NCBI GenBank assembly: GCA_964602665.1
Contig: CAZRRH010000001.1
Location: forward strand, 8,414 to 72,413
Direction of reading: 5' to 3'
DNA: 64,000 nucleotides
Source: an uncultured Candidatus Saccharibacteria bacterium
GTDB lineage: Bacteria > Patescibacteriota > Dojkabacteria > SC72 > WJKH01
The first letter of the stretch is position 1, and each line of letters opens with the position of its first letter. Of this stretch, positions 28,057 to 38,023 are shown one piece after another. The notes under the pieces were generated by a model that was not told where the DNA came from, did no database searches, and saw only the letters and a program-made list of their open reading frames with translations. Made by a program: the position numbers and the translations under genes.

Positions 28057-29736
28057 ATGCCCGATAATAATAGAGACAATATAGAGCAAATTAAAGAGAG
28101 AATCGATATTGTCGAGTACATAGGAAGATATCTACATCTTAAAAGAGCGGGTAGGAATTTCGTTACAGTTTGCCCTTTTCACAAAGAAAAAACACCGTCT
28201 TTTTCAATAAGTCCTGATCTTCAAATTTATAAATGCTTTGGCTGTGGCAAAAGTGGCGATATATTTTCGTTTCTTATGGATTATGAGAACTTAGATTTTC
28301 CCGAGATTTTAGAACGACTCGCAAAAGAGACTGGCGTAAAACTTGAGAAAAGTTCATTTAAGAATGGTACCAACTCTAACATACCTCTTAAAATCACTTT
28401 AATGATTAATACTCTAGCCACTAATTTTTTCATACAGCAGCTAGCTCAAGATAAAATGATTCTAGAGTACTATCACAAAAGAGGATTTACCGATGAAACG
28501 ATTAAAAAATTTAAGCTTGGCTATGCACCCAAAAACAGATCTGCTCTACTTCAACACGTTTTATCGCAAGCGAAGTTTACTCAAAAACAGCTTATTGATA
28601 GTGGACTTTTTGTAGAAAAATACGGGAGATTAACAGATAAATTTTTTGACCGTGCAATTTTTCCAATAACAAATCAAAAAGGTGAAATAATTGGTTTTAC
28701 AGGAAGAGTCATAAATAAGGATGATCAAAGACCCAAATATCTAAACTCACCCGAGACAACTGCTTTTAAAAAAGCGTATAATGTGTATGGAATTTACCAT
28801 GCCAGACAGGAGATACGCAAAAAAGATCTATGTATAATTTGCGAAGGTTCTACCGATGTAATGTCCGTACATCAAGCAGGCTATTCTAATATCGTTGCGC
28901 CACTCGGGACAGCTCTTACAGACGGTCAAGTTTCACTTATCAAAAAGTATACAAATAATATCCTTGTGATATTTGACAATGACGAGGCAGGACAAAAAGC
29001 CGTAGAAAGAGCCTTTTTCTTGACAACTAAGGCAGGCATAAATTGTTATGCTAATAATACCGGCGAATATAAAGATCTCGATGAGCTAGTTCAAAAAAAT
29101 CCGACGGCGCTTAGCAAGCTTATAAAAGATAAAATTGACACTTTTACATATTTACTTTTGGCAAAACTTAGTAAATTAGATTTAACAAGAATGGCAGATT
29201 ACAATGTTGCCACATCATATATAAAACAGCTTTTACTTGCCACCGACGATCCTATTAAAAGGAATTATTTCATTAAAAAAGCCGCTAAGATAACAGGTAT
29301 AAAGGATGAGATATTTACACCTCAAAGAGAGCTTACCGAAAAAATAGGCAAGACACAGTATTCAAACAAAAAAGACATTGATAAAGTTGATTTTGAACGC
29401 CTTATATTAGCTTATGTCATTCATAAAAAGCTTCCAAACGATGTGAAACTAAATAAAAAATTCTTCACAATCGAGGCTGCAAATGATATAATTACAACTG
29501 GAAAATGTTCTGACGAGAGAATTCTTCTGCCATCTCCAAGATTTCAGACAGAAATTTCCGATATGGAAGATGAGGATTTCAAAAATTTATATGCAAGGCT
29601 AAAAAAGGACTATTATAAAAAAAGGTTAAGGCATAAAAAACAGCTACTCTCTATCGAAGAAGAAAAACCTTCACCCGATAAATCAACAATAAATAAGCTT
29701 ATGAAAGAAATAATGACATTAAGTAAAAAGATATGA
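28057..29736 (+). CDS. dnaG: DNA primase
   Basis: CHC2 zinc finger CPFHKEKTPSFSISPDLQIYKCFGCGKSGD and TOPRIM CEGSTDVMSVHQAGYSNIVAPLGTALT. Confidence 0.85.
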   Translation: MPDNNRDNIEQIKERIDIVEYIGRYLHLKRAGRNFVTVCPFHKEKTPSFSISPDLQIYKCFGCGKSGDIFSFLMDYENLDFPEILERLAKETGVKLEKSSFKNGTNSNIPLKITLMINTLATNFFIQQLAQDKMILEYYHKRGFTDETIKKFKLGYAPKNRSALLQHVLSQAKFTQKQLIDSGLFVEKYGRLTDKFFDRAIFPITNQKGEIIGFTGRVINKDDQRPKYLNSPETTAFKKAYNVYGIYHARQEIRKKDLCIICEGSTDVMSVHQAGYSNIVAPLGTALTDGQVSLIKKYTNNILVIFDNDEAGQKAVERAFFLTTKAGINCYANNTGEYKDLDELVQKNPTALSKLIKDKIDTFTYLLLAKLSKLDLTRMADYNVATSYIKQLLLATDDPIKRNYFIKKAAKITGIKDEIFTPQRELTEKIGKTQYSNKKDIDKVDFERLILAYVIHKKLPNDVKLNKKFFTIEAANDIITTGKCSDERILLPSPRFQTEISDMEDEDFKNLYARLKKDYYKKRLRHKKQLLSIEEEKPSPDKSTINKLMKEIMTLSKKI

Positions 29737-31334
29737 GCAATACTTCTTGTGAAAACGAAATATTAATTCCGATCAACATTGACGCACTCCGACCTGAAGG
29801 CAAAATTGACGGTTACCCTACTAATTTCCCAAAAAGAATAAGAAAATTTCTGGAAATAATCCCTGGACTTATAACCTGGTTTATGATTCTTTCCCCTATT
29901 ACATTTACACTCATTGGTATCCCGCAAATTTTAGTGTACTATGTCTCTTTTCTTGTGATCTTCTGGACGATGCGTGGTGTACAGTTTGCTCTTGGGCTAT
30001 TTATAGGCTATCTTAGAGGTAAAAAAGAGATGGATACTGATTGGCTAAAGTTAATAAATGATGACCCCCAACTAAAAAAGCAGTTTGATGATCTAAAATA
30101 CCTTTATATATGTCCAGTATACAAAGAGCCTCTTGATGCCTTTGAGAAATCAATTGATTCATACGCAACTCAAGATATTGATCCTAAAAAAATCAGCGTT
30201 ATTTTCGCATATGAGGAAAAAGCTTTTGATTTACAAAAAGATAATTTTGAATATTTAAAAAATAAATACGGAGAGAAATTTGGATATTTTGGATATTTTG
30301 TGCATCCAACCGGCATACCGGACGAGGTCACAGGAGTAAAAGGCGCAAATATAAACTGGGCATGCCGTAATTTCGTGAAAAAGCTTGAAAAAGACGGCGA
30401 AGATTTATCGAAATATCTACTTACGACATCAGATTGCGACCAAGCCATTCACCCAAAATATCTTAGTGCAATAACATATAAATACCTCATAAATGAAAAA
30501 CCTCTGAGAACCTTTTTCTCATCTGCTATACATACATTTAATAACAATGTTTATCGGGTCCCTTTGTTCTGCCGAATACATAGCATAATGCTCACATTGG
30601 CAATATTTCAAGACTGGATTTGGCACAAAAAAAGAAGAGAAACATTTTCTTCATATGTGGTTAATTTAAAGACAGTGCACGATGTCGGATACTGGCCACC
30701 AGATGTTGGAATTGACGATACAACTTTTTACTGGAATGCTCTTGTCTATTTTAACGGGGACTTTAGAGGAGAAGAAGTTTACATCCCAACTTATAATGAC
30801 GCCGTAGAAAATGAGACTACAACAAAAACTTATCAGTCCCTTTATAAACAGCAACACCGCTGGGGTTGGGGCATTATTATCTTCCCAACAACAATTGCAA
30901 ATGTATTAAAAAGCAAATGCATGACTATATGGACAAAGCTTAAGATTATATCAATGCTACTTTTTAGCCCTAATATGCTCCTTTTTACCACAATCTATCT
31001 GATCACTTTTACTCTACCAATATTAAATTTAATCAGCCCTCAATACAATTATAGCTCTTACTCTTACAATCTTCCAAAGGTAATAAGCTACATTCTTACT
31101 GGTCTAATGACTATAAATTTCAGCACAATAATAATAAGGCACAAAATATCACCAATTCCACGAGAATGGAGTCTTTGGCGTAGATTTAGAGATATTATAG
31201 AAAATCTGCTTATCACCGTTGGTTATCTTTTCTTTGGTTTTACTCCCTATGTACAAGCCCAAACAGAGATGATGCTTGGCAAAGGACTTAGGAAAAATTA
31301 CTACGCCACAGAAAAACAAAAAATGACCAGGTAA
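29733..31334 (+). CDS. membrane-integrated processive glycosyltransferase (GT2, cellulose/chitin-synthase-like)
   Basis: QQHRWGWG (the Q-x-x-R-W motif of processive GT2 synthases), DCD, and multiple TM helices on both sides of the catalytic domain. Confidence 0.55.
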   Translation: MSNTSCENEILIPINIDALRPEGKIDGYPTNFPKRIRKFLEIIPGLITWFMILSPITFTLIGIPQILVYYVSFLVIFWTMRGVQFALGLFIGYLRGKKEMDTDWLKLINDDPQLKKQFDDLKYLYICPVYKEPLDAFEKSIDSYATQDIDPKKISVIFAYEEKAFDLQKDNFEYLKNKYGEKFGYFGYFVHPTGIPDEVTGVKGANINWACRNFVKKLEKDGEDLSKYLLTTSDCDQAIHPKYLSAITYKYLINEKPLRTFFSSAIHTFNNNVYRVPLFCRIHSIMLTLAIFQDWIWHKKRRETFSSYVVNLKTVHDVGYWPPDVGIDDTTFYWNALVYFNGDFRGEEVYIPTYNDAVENETTTKTYQSLYKQQHRWGWGIIIFPTTIANVLKSKCMTIWTKLKIISMLLFSPNMLLFTTIYLITFTLPILNLISPQYNYSSYSYNLPKVISYILTGLMTINFSTIIIRHKISPIPREWSLWRRFRDIIENLLITVGYLFFGFTPYVQAQTEMMLGKGLRKNYYATEKQKMTR

Positions 31335-31339
31335 AAAGC

Positions 31340-31843
31340 CTAAATCAAGATAATCGCAAACCACAAGATTGCTAAAGCAATACAAACTCCCGATTTTAAA
31401 ATCACAGTAATAAAAAAAGCTATTAAAGCACCCGAACCTGACTTCACGGCTTCCATAAATTCCTTCTTTTTTATAACAATCTCAAATAGAACAACACCTA
31501 AGAAAGGACCAACTATAAGCCCAATCGGCCCTGCAATAAACAATCCCACTACCGCGCCAATTAACGCCCCAACGACACCCCATATTGATGCACCTGTCTT
31601 CTTGCTACTAATTGCAAGCACAAAATTATCAATTAGCGTGCTCAATACAGTTATTATGAGTACAACAATAACTAATAGCACCGAAATCTGATAAAAGTTA
31701 AGAGTAATTGCAGATATTAAATATGCAAGAAATATAAACCAAATGCCTGGAAGATTTATCACTGTCAGAATTATTCCCGCGACAATAAATATTCCGCAAA
31801 GTACAAGTATTATTGTTACTAAGATTGGAGACATAGTAAACAT
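31340..31843 (-). CDS. DUF456-like small polytopic membrane protein
   Basis: 167 aa, almost entirely hydrophobic, glycine-rich TM helices. Confidence 0.35.
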   Translation of the reverse strand: MFTMSPILVTIILVLCGIFIVAGIILTVINLPGIWFIFLAYLISAITLNFYQISVLLVIVVLIITVLSTLIDNFVLAISSKKTGASIWGVVGALIGAVVGLFIAGPIGLIVGPFLGVVLFEIVIKKKEFMEAVKSGSGALIAFFITVILKSGVCIALAILWFAIILI

Positions 31844-31873
31844 AATATTATCATATTAGAGCTTAATAAGCAA

Positions 31874-31902
31874 TTGACGTTTTTATTGCTTTATGGTATA
31901 AT
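31874..31902 (+). promoter_or_regulatory. sigma70-like promoter TTGACG-N17-TATAAT for ssrA
   Basis: Near-consensus hexamers with 17-nt spacing. The -10 ends 27 nt before the mature tmRNA 5' end. Confidence 0.5.
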
Positions 31903-31929
31903 TAAGTTAGTAAGTTCATTAAAAAACAA

Positions 31930-32350
31930 GGGGACGCAAGGCTTTCGACAGGGATTGTCTTCTTTATATTACAAGCAGGGTTTGACTCACCTTTATAATA
32001 GAGTCGGCAAAATAACTGCCAAAACAAATATTGCAACTTGGATAAGCGAGAAAGCACAGAATTTGTTTGCCTCACTAAGGCCAGCATTTCAGTACCAACT
32101 CCTTGCCTAGTTTATCTCTAAGGAGATACGCTTTTAATCACTCCTCCCAAATCGAGGGGTTATAGGCGGCTAAGAGGTTTGGGTGTAGCAAGATGGCTTC
32201 TCTTGGCCAAGCTATCTTGTCAAATTTATGTGCCAGGCGTGTTATCTTTTTTGCTCACTTAAGATGATAGCATGTATAACAAGTGAGATAAGCTTGTATA
32301 ATAGTATGAGGAAGGATTTCTGGATATGGGTTCAATTCCCGTCGTCTCCA
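31930..32350 (+). ncRNA. ssrA: transfer-messenger RNA (tmRNA)
   Basis: 5' end GGGGACGCAAGGCTTTCGACAGGG (the tmRNA acceptor and D-analogue signature). The 3' end GGGTTCAATTCCCGTCGTCTCCA has a T-arm and an acceptor strand complementary to the 5' GGGGACG. CCA is not encoded. A candidate tag frame ends ...ASLRPAFQYQLLA before a TAG at 32108-32110. Confidence 0.8.
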
Positions 32351-33138
32351 ATTGGGAATATTTGAGTTAGACCAGCACAGGTTTCAATTATTCTATAAAA
32401 ATCTCCTAGACTAATACCTATTGTTCTATTATATGTATCCCATCTTTTTGGTATAGCCATTGTGAATCCACGATCATCTAGCATCAATCCTAAATCGTCA
32501 TATCCATAAGTTGTTCTTTTTCTATGAAAAGGCCCGTCTTTTTTTCTTTCATATTCCCCTCTTATCAACATCATTAGTGCGGGAGTTCTTATCATATAAG
32601 CATCAGGAGAAAATAAATGCTGTTGAACAGAGAGAGATCTCACATATGGAGTATGTCCGTTATTTTTGTTTCTTCCAAGTTTTAGTACGGCAAGCGAAAT
32701 AGTAGGAATCCATCTGTTATCAATTCTTATTCTAGGCAATAAGAAAGCACATGCATTACTATAAGGATCAATAAACCCATGAAATCTTGGATTAATTTCA
32801 TTTAATCAAGTATCTGCAAGGATCCCAAGCATTGAATCTTGATTAGCTGGTACCATTTCAACAGGATTTGTTGTGTTTTCATCTATGCAGACAGAGATAC
32901 TTCTAACCGGAGAATGCCAATTTAGCACCTTTCCGGACCAAGCTTCAGTGGCTTCTTGGCAACCATCCGCAAATGTCATTCCTAAAAATCCCCACCTTTC
33001 TGGTAGAACTGTCTTTTGAAGCAATGGATGAACAACCTCTTTGCTTACACTTGCACCTTCTCTAGCAAACCCGGGCGTTTGCCCGTTTTCATCACCAAAC
33101 ATCATATTTGCAAGTGTTAAATTGCCGTTATTTTCCAT
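32332..33138 (-). pseudogene. hypothetical protein gene interrupted by an in-frame TGA (two same-frame ORFs); about 45% GC island abutting the tmRNA 3' end
   Basis: The ORFs at 32806..33138 and 32332..32739 are in the same frame. Translating across 32740-32805 gives ...GILADT-TGA-LNEINPRFHGFIDPYSNACAFLL-PRIRIDNRW... with no other stop. The TGA is at 32806-32808. Local GC is about 45% against about 30% genome-wide. The 3' end overlaps the tmRNA 3' end by 19 nt. I could not assign a family. Confidence 0.35.
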
Positions 33139-33269
33139 AAGCAGTTGAAAAATATTTAATCTATATAAATTATACTATATATTGCCGCAAAAGTCAATGC
33201 CGTAGACTGTTTATAAGTTTCATAAAAATTTCAGTACTTATTCATAATTATTTCTTAAAATATGCTCAT

Positions 33270-36200
33270 ATGAGGATATTAAGGAAAATTTACGCTATAT
33301 CAGCAGGTATTGCCCTGTTATTTTCTCCATCTTTTACATTTGCACAAGAGCAATCTCAAATAGCCATAACAGAGGATAGTTATGCACAATCAGGTTATCC
33401 AACAGCATCGGCTTGGGATAATCGCAATTTTTACATAGGATACGATTTTATTTATGACAAAGGTATTACAAGAGCATATCTTAAATACGACTTTGCGAGT
33501 CTTTTCACACTTGTTCCAGACAAGGATAACCTTCTACAGGCAAATTTGTCGATATATGATTATATAGACAACGGATTTAGTAATCGTGACATACAGATAT
33601 ATAGAATTGCTTCTCCGTGGCAAGAATCAACATTAAATTGGAATAACCAACCAGATGTTGAATATGAAAGTTCTTTTCTACTAAAAGCTCCGCTTGGGCA
33701 AAAAAACATCGATATAACCAACATTGTTAAGCGAGATATAGAAGAGAAAAACAGCTATGGATTAGCAATTTTCTACGAAAACGAATTTGATCCTGGCACA
33801 ATCTTTTGGTCTACAAGCTGTTTTATTGCTCCAACATCGCCTAGATGCCAAGAGGGTCAACAGCCAATTATTATAATTTCATATGAGGCAATACCGACAA
33901 ATCTTCCGCCATCAAAATCATCCCTTATTTCACCACAAAGCAGTTTTTCAACAAATAGCAATAATATTAATTTTTCTTGGGAAGAAAGCCTTGATCCTGA
34001 ACAAGATCCTGTTTTTTATCAGCTTAGAATTTCAAAAGATCCCCAATATGATCAACAAATATACAGCAGTCAGTGGATATCTCAAAACGATTTAGAAATA
34101 GACACTAGCAATTTTACTGATGCGCAATACTTTTGGACTGTTATATCAACAGATAACACCGAAGATTCTAATAAGTATGTTATTTCTGATAGCCTTATTT
34201 TTACAGTCGATAGAATCGCTCCTTCTATCCCTGTCTTTGAACCGTTACCTCCATATAACTCTGAGGATTTTATCGCGCTTAAATGGAGTGGGCAAATTAT
34301 TGAAGACAGCTGTTTTGAAATCTCACATGTGAATACAAATGTAATATACAATACATCTGATAACTTTTTAAAAATAGAAAACCTTGATGAGAACGAACAT
34401 TGCTTCTTAATACGCGCAACAGATATAACAGGCAATGTTTCTGATTGGTCTTTACCCTCTTGCATAAAGCAAGATTACTCCTTCCCTGTATTAAAAGGAT
34501 TTGATGTTGACAATCAATATTTATCACCTTACAGCTCCAAAGATATTGCTGATTTTGCAAAAATTTCCTATAACTTTATTGAAGAGAATATCAAAGAAGC
34601 AAAGATAGTTGTTATCGACCAGTGGCACAATGACTTTTACTCGTATAATATTAACGATAAAAATGGCAATGTTATATTCCCACCTGCTGATCAAACAATA
34701 ATTGATGGCAAGTACTTTGCCTATTTAATAATTTTTGACAATACTGATAAATATTCCAAGAGCAATATTATAGAAATATATGTCGATAATTATCCTCCTC
34801 TTACGCCTAAAATTGATATTATGAGTTTCAAAGCAGTTTTTAACAAGACAGAAATCCCTATAAAAATAATTACTGATTATGAAACAGAGAACAGCCTTTT
34901 AATAAATAATATCCCCATTTTTAACTGGAGTAATAATTCGATATTAGATTACACTCTCTCGACAAATTTTATACAAGGACAAAACATCATCAAAGTAATA
35001 TCAAAAAACAAGTTTGGGAACAGCGCCATCGGTCAAAATTTATTTGTATTTGATTCAATACCACCACAAAAGCCATCCCTTGAGCTAATAACCTCAACAA
35101 ATATGCTTCACGGCAACATTAAAGGTTCTGATTACTCTCGTGCATATATTTATAATTTAGCTGGTTTGCATAAAATAATCAATTTTACAACATCAAATTT
35201 CGTTTTAGAAACAGCTCTTATTGGTGATACAAACTACTCATATACTGTAAAATTAGAAGATAAAGCCGGGAATTTAAGTCCGCAGAGTGATCCTGCGAGT
35301 TATTATCATTCAGTCATAAACCCAAACACAAATTCTTTGCCAAGCAATCAGTCCAAGATAGAGGCAAAAAATAGCATATGTGAAATAAAAGTTAATTATG
35401 AGAAGAAAAATGCTCAAGTGGTTAATTGCACGCTAGAATCACCAATTATAAATAAGATACTACACGACAAATCTTCACAGGAGTACCAAATGTCAATTGA
35501 TCTATCATTTAATAAAGAAATTAAGCTCATAATAAACGAATATGACTGCACACCCAAAAGCTTATGGAATCCTAAAACTTGGTTTGGATGCCTCGAAAGA
35601 TTTATAAAATCAGAAACAATTTATGTGAAAAGTACTGGATGTTTTGAGGCTCAGATTGACAACAACAAGCAACAAATTGCTCAGCAAACAAGTAACCCTA
35701 ACAATTTGTATAATATAAATCTTCTCACTCCGACAGATTATACTGGTAAAAAAGTAAAAGTAGCGTCAACTGTATATTTTTCTTACAACTTAAAAAACGG
35801 ATTATCTATCAATTATAGCGGCAAAAGCAAATATTCTGCATTAGCCACAGTACCAAAAGCGATTACTAATACAACAAACGGGACAAATAAGCCGTTTAGG
35901 TTTCCATTTAATAAGCATGTTGGAGTAACACAATGGTATGGCAATACAAAATATCAATCTCCTCATCGAGGAATAGATTTTGGAGCCAAACAAGAAGCTC
36001 TTTATGCAATGGCTGATGGCTATATAGAGAAAATGGGCTGGGAAACAACTAAAAACAAATGCCTTAGTGGAGGCAACATTATGCTCATAAGACACGACAA
36101 CGGCTACTACACACTATTTGCACACATGGAGAATTTCCAAAAAGCAAATGGAAAATCTTGGAAGGTTGGTGATAGAGTCCTAAGAGGAGATAAAGTCGGT

Positions 36201-36398
36201 TTGAGTGGCAATACAGGATTATACAACTGCAAAGCCCTAGGATATCACCTACACTTAGAAACGCGTACAAAATCAGCCTGGAAATCAGATGTTAATCCTA
36301 TTGGCCTAATAGATGTTGATTGGAATTTAATCCCAACACTTGGATACAAACAAAATCCGGGACGATTAACCGGCGAAAACCCTCATCCTTCATTCTAA
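33270..36398 (+). CDS. large secreted protein (1042 aa) with C-terminal M23 (LytM-type) metallopeptidase domain
   Basis: Signal peptide MRILRKIYAISAGIALLFSPSFTFAQE. Central repeated beta-rich (FN3/Ig-like) regions. C-terminal M23 motifs HRGIDFGA ... GNTGLYNCKALGYHLHLE (HxxxD ... HxH). Confidence 0.7.
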   Translation: MRILRKIYAISAGIALLFSPSFTFAQEQSQIAITEDSYAQSGYPTASAWDNRNFYIGYDFIYDKGITRAYLKYDFASLFTLVPDKDNLLQANLSIYDYIDNGFSNRDIQIYRIASPWQESTLNWNNQPDVEYESSFLLKAPLGQKNIDITNIVKRDIEEKNSYGLAIFYENEFDPGTIFWSTSCFIAPTSPRCQEGQQPIIIISYEAIPTNLPPSKSSLISPQSSFSTNSNNINFSWEESLDPEQDPVFYQLRISKDPQYDQQIYSSQWISQNDLEIDTSNFTDAQYFWTVISTDNTEDSNKYVISDSLIFTVDRIAPSIPVFEPLPPYNSEDFIALKWSGQIIEDSCFEISHVNTNVIYNTSDNFLKIENLDENEHCFLIRATDITGNVSDWSLPSCIKQDYSFPVLKGFDVDNQYLSPYSSKDIADFAKISYNFIEENIKEAKIVVIDQWHNDFYSYNINDKNGNVIFPPADQTIIDGKYFAYLIIFDNTDKYSKSNIIEIYVDNYPPLTPKIDIMSFKAVFNKTEIPIKIITDYETENSLLINNIPIFNWSNNSILDYTLSTNFIQGQNIIKVISKNKFGNSAIGQNLFVFDSIPPQKPSLELITSTNMLHGNIKGSDYSRAYIYNLAGLHKIINFTTSNFVLETALIGDTNYSYTVKLEDKAGNLSPQSDPASYYHSVINPNTNSLPSNQSKIEAKNSICEIKVNYEKKNAQVVNCTLESPIINKILHDKSSQEYQMSIDLSFNKEIKLIINEYDCTPKSLWNPKTWFGCLERFIKSETIYVKSTGCFEAQIDNNKQQIAQQTSNPNNLYNINLLTPTDYTGKKVKVASTVYFSYNLKNGLSINYSGKSKYSALATVPKAITNTTNGTNKPFRFPFNKHVGVTQWYGNTKYQSPHRGIDFGAKQEALYAMADGYIEKMGWETTKNKCLSGGNIMLIRHDNGYYTLFAHMENFQKANGKSWKVGDRVLRGDKVGLSGNTGLYNCKALGYHLHLETRTKSAWKSDVNPIGLIDVDWNLIPTLGYKQNPGRLTGENPHPSF

Positions 36399-36418
36399 TT
36401 AATTTTAATTTATTTTTT

Positions 36419-37141
36419 ATGAAAAAGAACAAAATAAGATTTTTTCTAGTTATTCTTTTTATTGCTTTTCTAATCTCTGCGATTTTACTTCTATTTAAAT
36501 CAAAGCTTTTACCAGCAAAACAAACTATTCGCGATGTTAAAAGCACGATTTTATTTAGCACAGCAGATATTAAAAACCCAAGTTATCTTTTTTGGCAAAA
36601 TAATGATTCCTTACTTGTAGTAACTGATCAAGGAGAGATCTATCAAATAAGCGATTCGGTCTCTTTGGTATCATCTATTGATAAAATTTCTCTTCTTGGA
36701 ATAAGAGGTAACGAGCTGATTACCTGCGAGACAAAAAATTATGAGATTTCATCTCCAGAACAGATTGCGAGTAAGATAATAGTTAAAAATCTAAGCAATC
36801 AAGAAATTATTACACAAGTAGAAACAACAGAAAGTATTATTCCACTTAACTGTGCCTTACCAACCTTTTATGCAATGCCTGCATATTATTTCTTAGAAGA
36901 ACAATTTTTCATTGTTAATGCCGATTCAATTCCCACTTCAATAGAACAAATTAGCACTATTCCAAGTAAAGAGTATAATTACACAGATAATGGCATTCTT
37001 TTTACAGATGATTATATTGGCAAATCTGCGACTCTAATCACCGATGACAGCTTTGATTTAAAAGATTTTGCTATCTCAGATGATGAACACAAAATTGCAC
37101 TTATCCTAAAAGATGGTGGAGTAATAATTTTTAGACTTTAA
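36419..37141 (+). CDS. hypothetical membrane-anchored or secreted protein (240 aa)
   Basis: Start taken at the internal ATG, MKKNKIRFFLVILFIAFLISAILLLF (signal anchor). The listed upstream extension would overlap the M23 gene by 79 nt. Confidence 0.4.
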   Translation: MKKNKIRFFLVILFIAFLISAILLLFKSKLLPAKQTIRDVKSTILFSTADIKNPSYLFWQNNDSLLVVTDQGEIYQISDSVSLVSSIDKISLLGIRGNELITCETKNYEISSPEQIASKIIVKNLSNQEIITQVETTESIIPLNCALPTFYAMPAYYFLEEQFFIVNADSIPTSIEQISTIPSKEYNYTDNGILFTDDYIGKSATLITDDSFDLKDFAISDDEHKIALILKDGGVIIFRL

Positions 37142-38018
37142 TAATTCCCTTAGCTTTTAAATATGCCTCTTTTTCTTTCCTAAAACTATTAATTGCCATG
37201 TTCTGTTTTATCTGTTCAATAATTTGCAATAAGACAGTAAAAACAAGATAAAAATATGTTTTTTGGGCTGCCTTTTCTGCATTAACTTCATCTTCTATTA
37301 TCAAAAAGAATGGAACCATTATAAGCTGTATTAAAGCAACAATGCCAATAAATCTACTATCAATTCCATAAATCATGAAAACCGCAAACAAGGAAGCCCA
37401 TATTGCTAAAGTTACTCCCCAAAAATAGTATATACATACAAAAACGGCAGAAATTATTAACATGGATAAGGGTTTTCTAGCAATCTTTCTTAATGAAATT
37501 ATAATTTCTCGGAATATACTATATTCAAATTCTTCTTCGTTGAAACCTGAGTATTTATCAATAAGTTCTTTTCTGATATAAAGACAAAAAGGTTTGCTTT
37601 CAGAAATGTTTTGTGGTACAACAAAGCCGTTATTCTCCTCTATCTCTCCCTCAGATTCATAAATTGGTTTTGCTTCATCCATATTCAAGAATACATTGCA
37701 AGTTTTATTTTTATCTGAATAAGCAAGATATTCCAGAAAATTAAAAAAAACTCCTGGGTAGAGGTCTAAAAACTCCGTAGAGTTAAAAATTACGACATCA
37801 TCATTAATATGCTTAAACGCTTTATTTACTGACTTTATAAATCCAAGCCTCTTTCTGTTACGAATCAGTACTACATTATGTAATTTTATCTTCTTCTCTT
37901 TTGAGGCATCATCAACGACTATTAATCGATATTTTCCAGCATAGATACTATCTATCTTGCCTATAAAGTTTTCTACTAGTGCGAAGTTATTTCTTGCAAC
38001 AACAATTACATTTATCAT
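37131..38018 (-). CDS. GT2-like N-terminal domain fused to a C-terminal polytopic membrane region
   Basis: IVVARNNF...YRLIVVDDAS (GT-A beginning), then several TM helices. 295 aa. Last gene of the ECF-sigma operon. Confidence 0.4.
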   Translation of the reverse strand: MINVIVVARNNFALVENFIGKIDSIYAGKYRLIVVDDASKEKKIKLHNVVLIRNRKRLGFIKSVNKAFKHINDDVVIFNSTEFLDLYPGVFFNFLEYLAYSDKNKTCNVFLNMDEAKPIYESEGEIEENNGFVVPQNISESKPFCLYIRKELIDKYSGFNEEEFEYSIFREIIISLRKIARKPLSMLIISAVFVCIYYFWGVTLAIWASLFAVFMIYGIDSRFIGIVALIQLIMVPFFLIIEDEVNAEKAAQKTYFYLVFTVLLQIIEQIKQNMAINSFRKEKEAYLKAKGIIKV

Positions 38019-38023
38019 ACGAT

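Noticed and set aside
32806-32808. In-frame TGA as evidence for an alternative genetic code (code 4 or 25)
   Set aside because: All the long conserved genes in the window (rpoB, rpoC, dnaK, ftsK, pheT) are intact under the standard code. A TGA-recoded genome would break them. The single TGA is better explained as a nonsense mutation or error in an acquired gene.
33139-33269. Direct repeat of the tmRNA 3' end (att duplication) bounding the GC-rich island
   Set aside because: No second copy of GGTTCAATTCCCGTCGTCTCCA or a large sub-fragment is visible in the 130 nt beyond the island or further downstream, so classic integrative-element boundaries cannot be claimed.
36320-36418. Upstream extension of the 36320..37141 ORF that overlaps the M23 peptidase gene by 79 nt
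   Set aside because: The extension encodes no conserved sequence. An internal ATG followed by a signal-anchor sequence gives a start 21 nt after the M23 stop.
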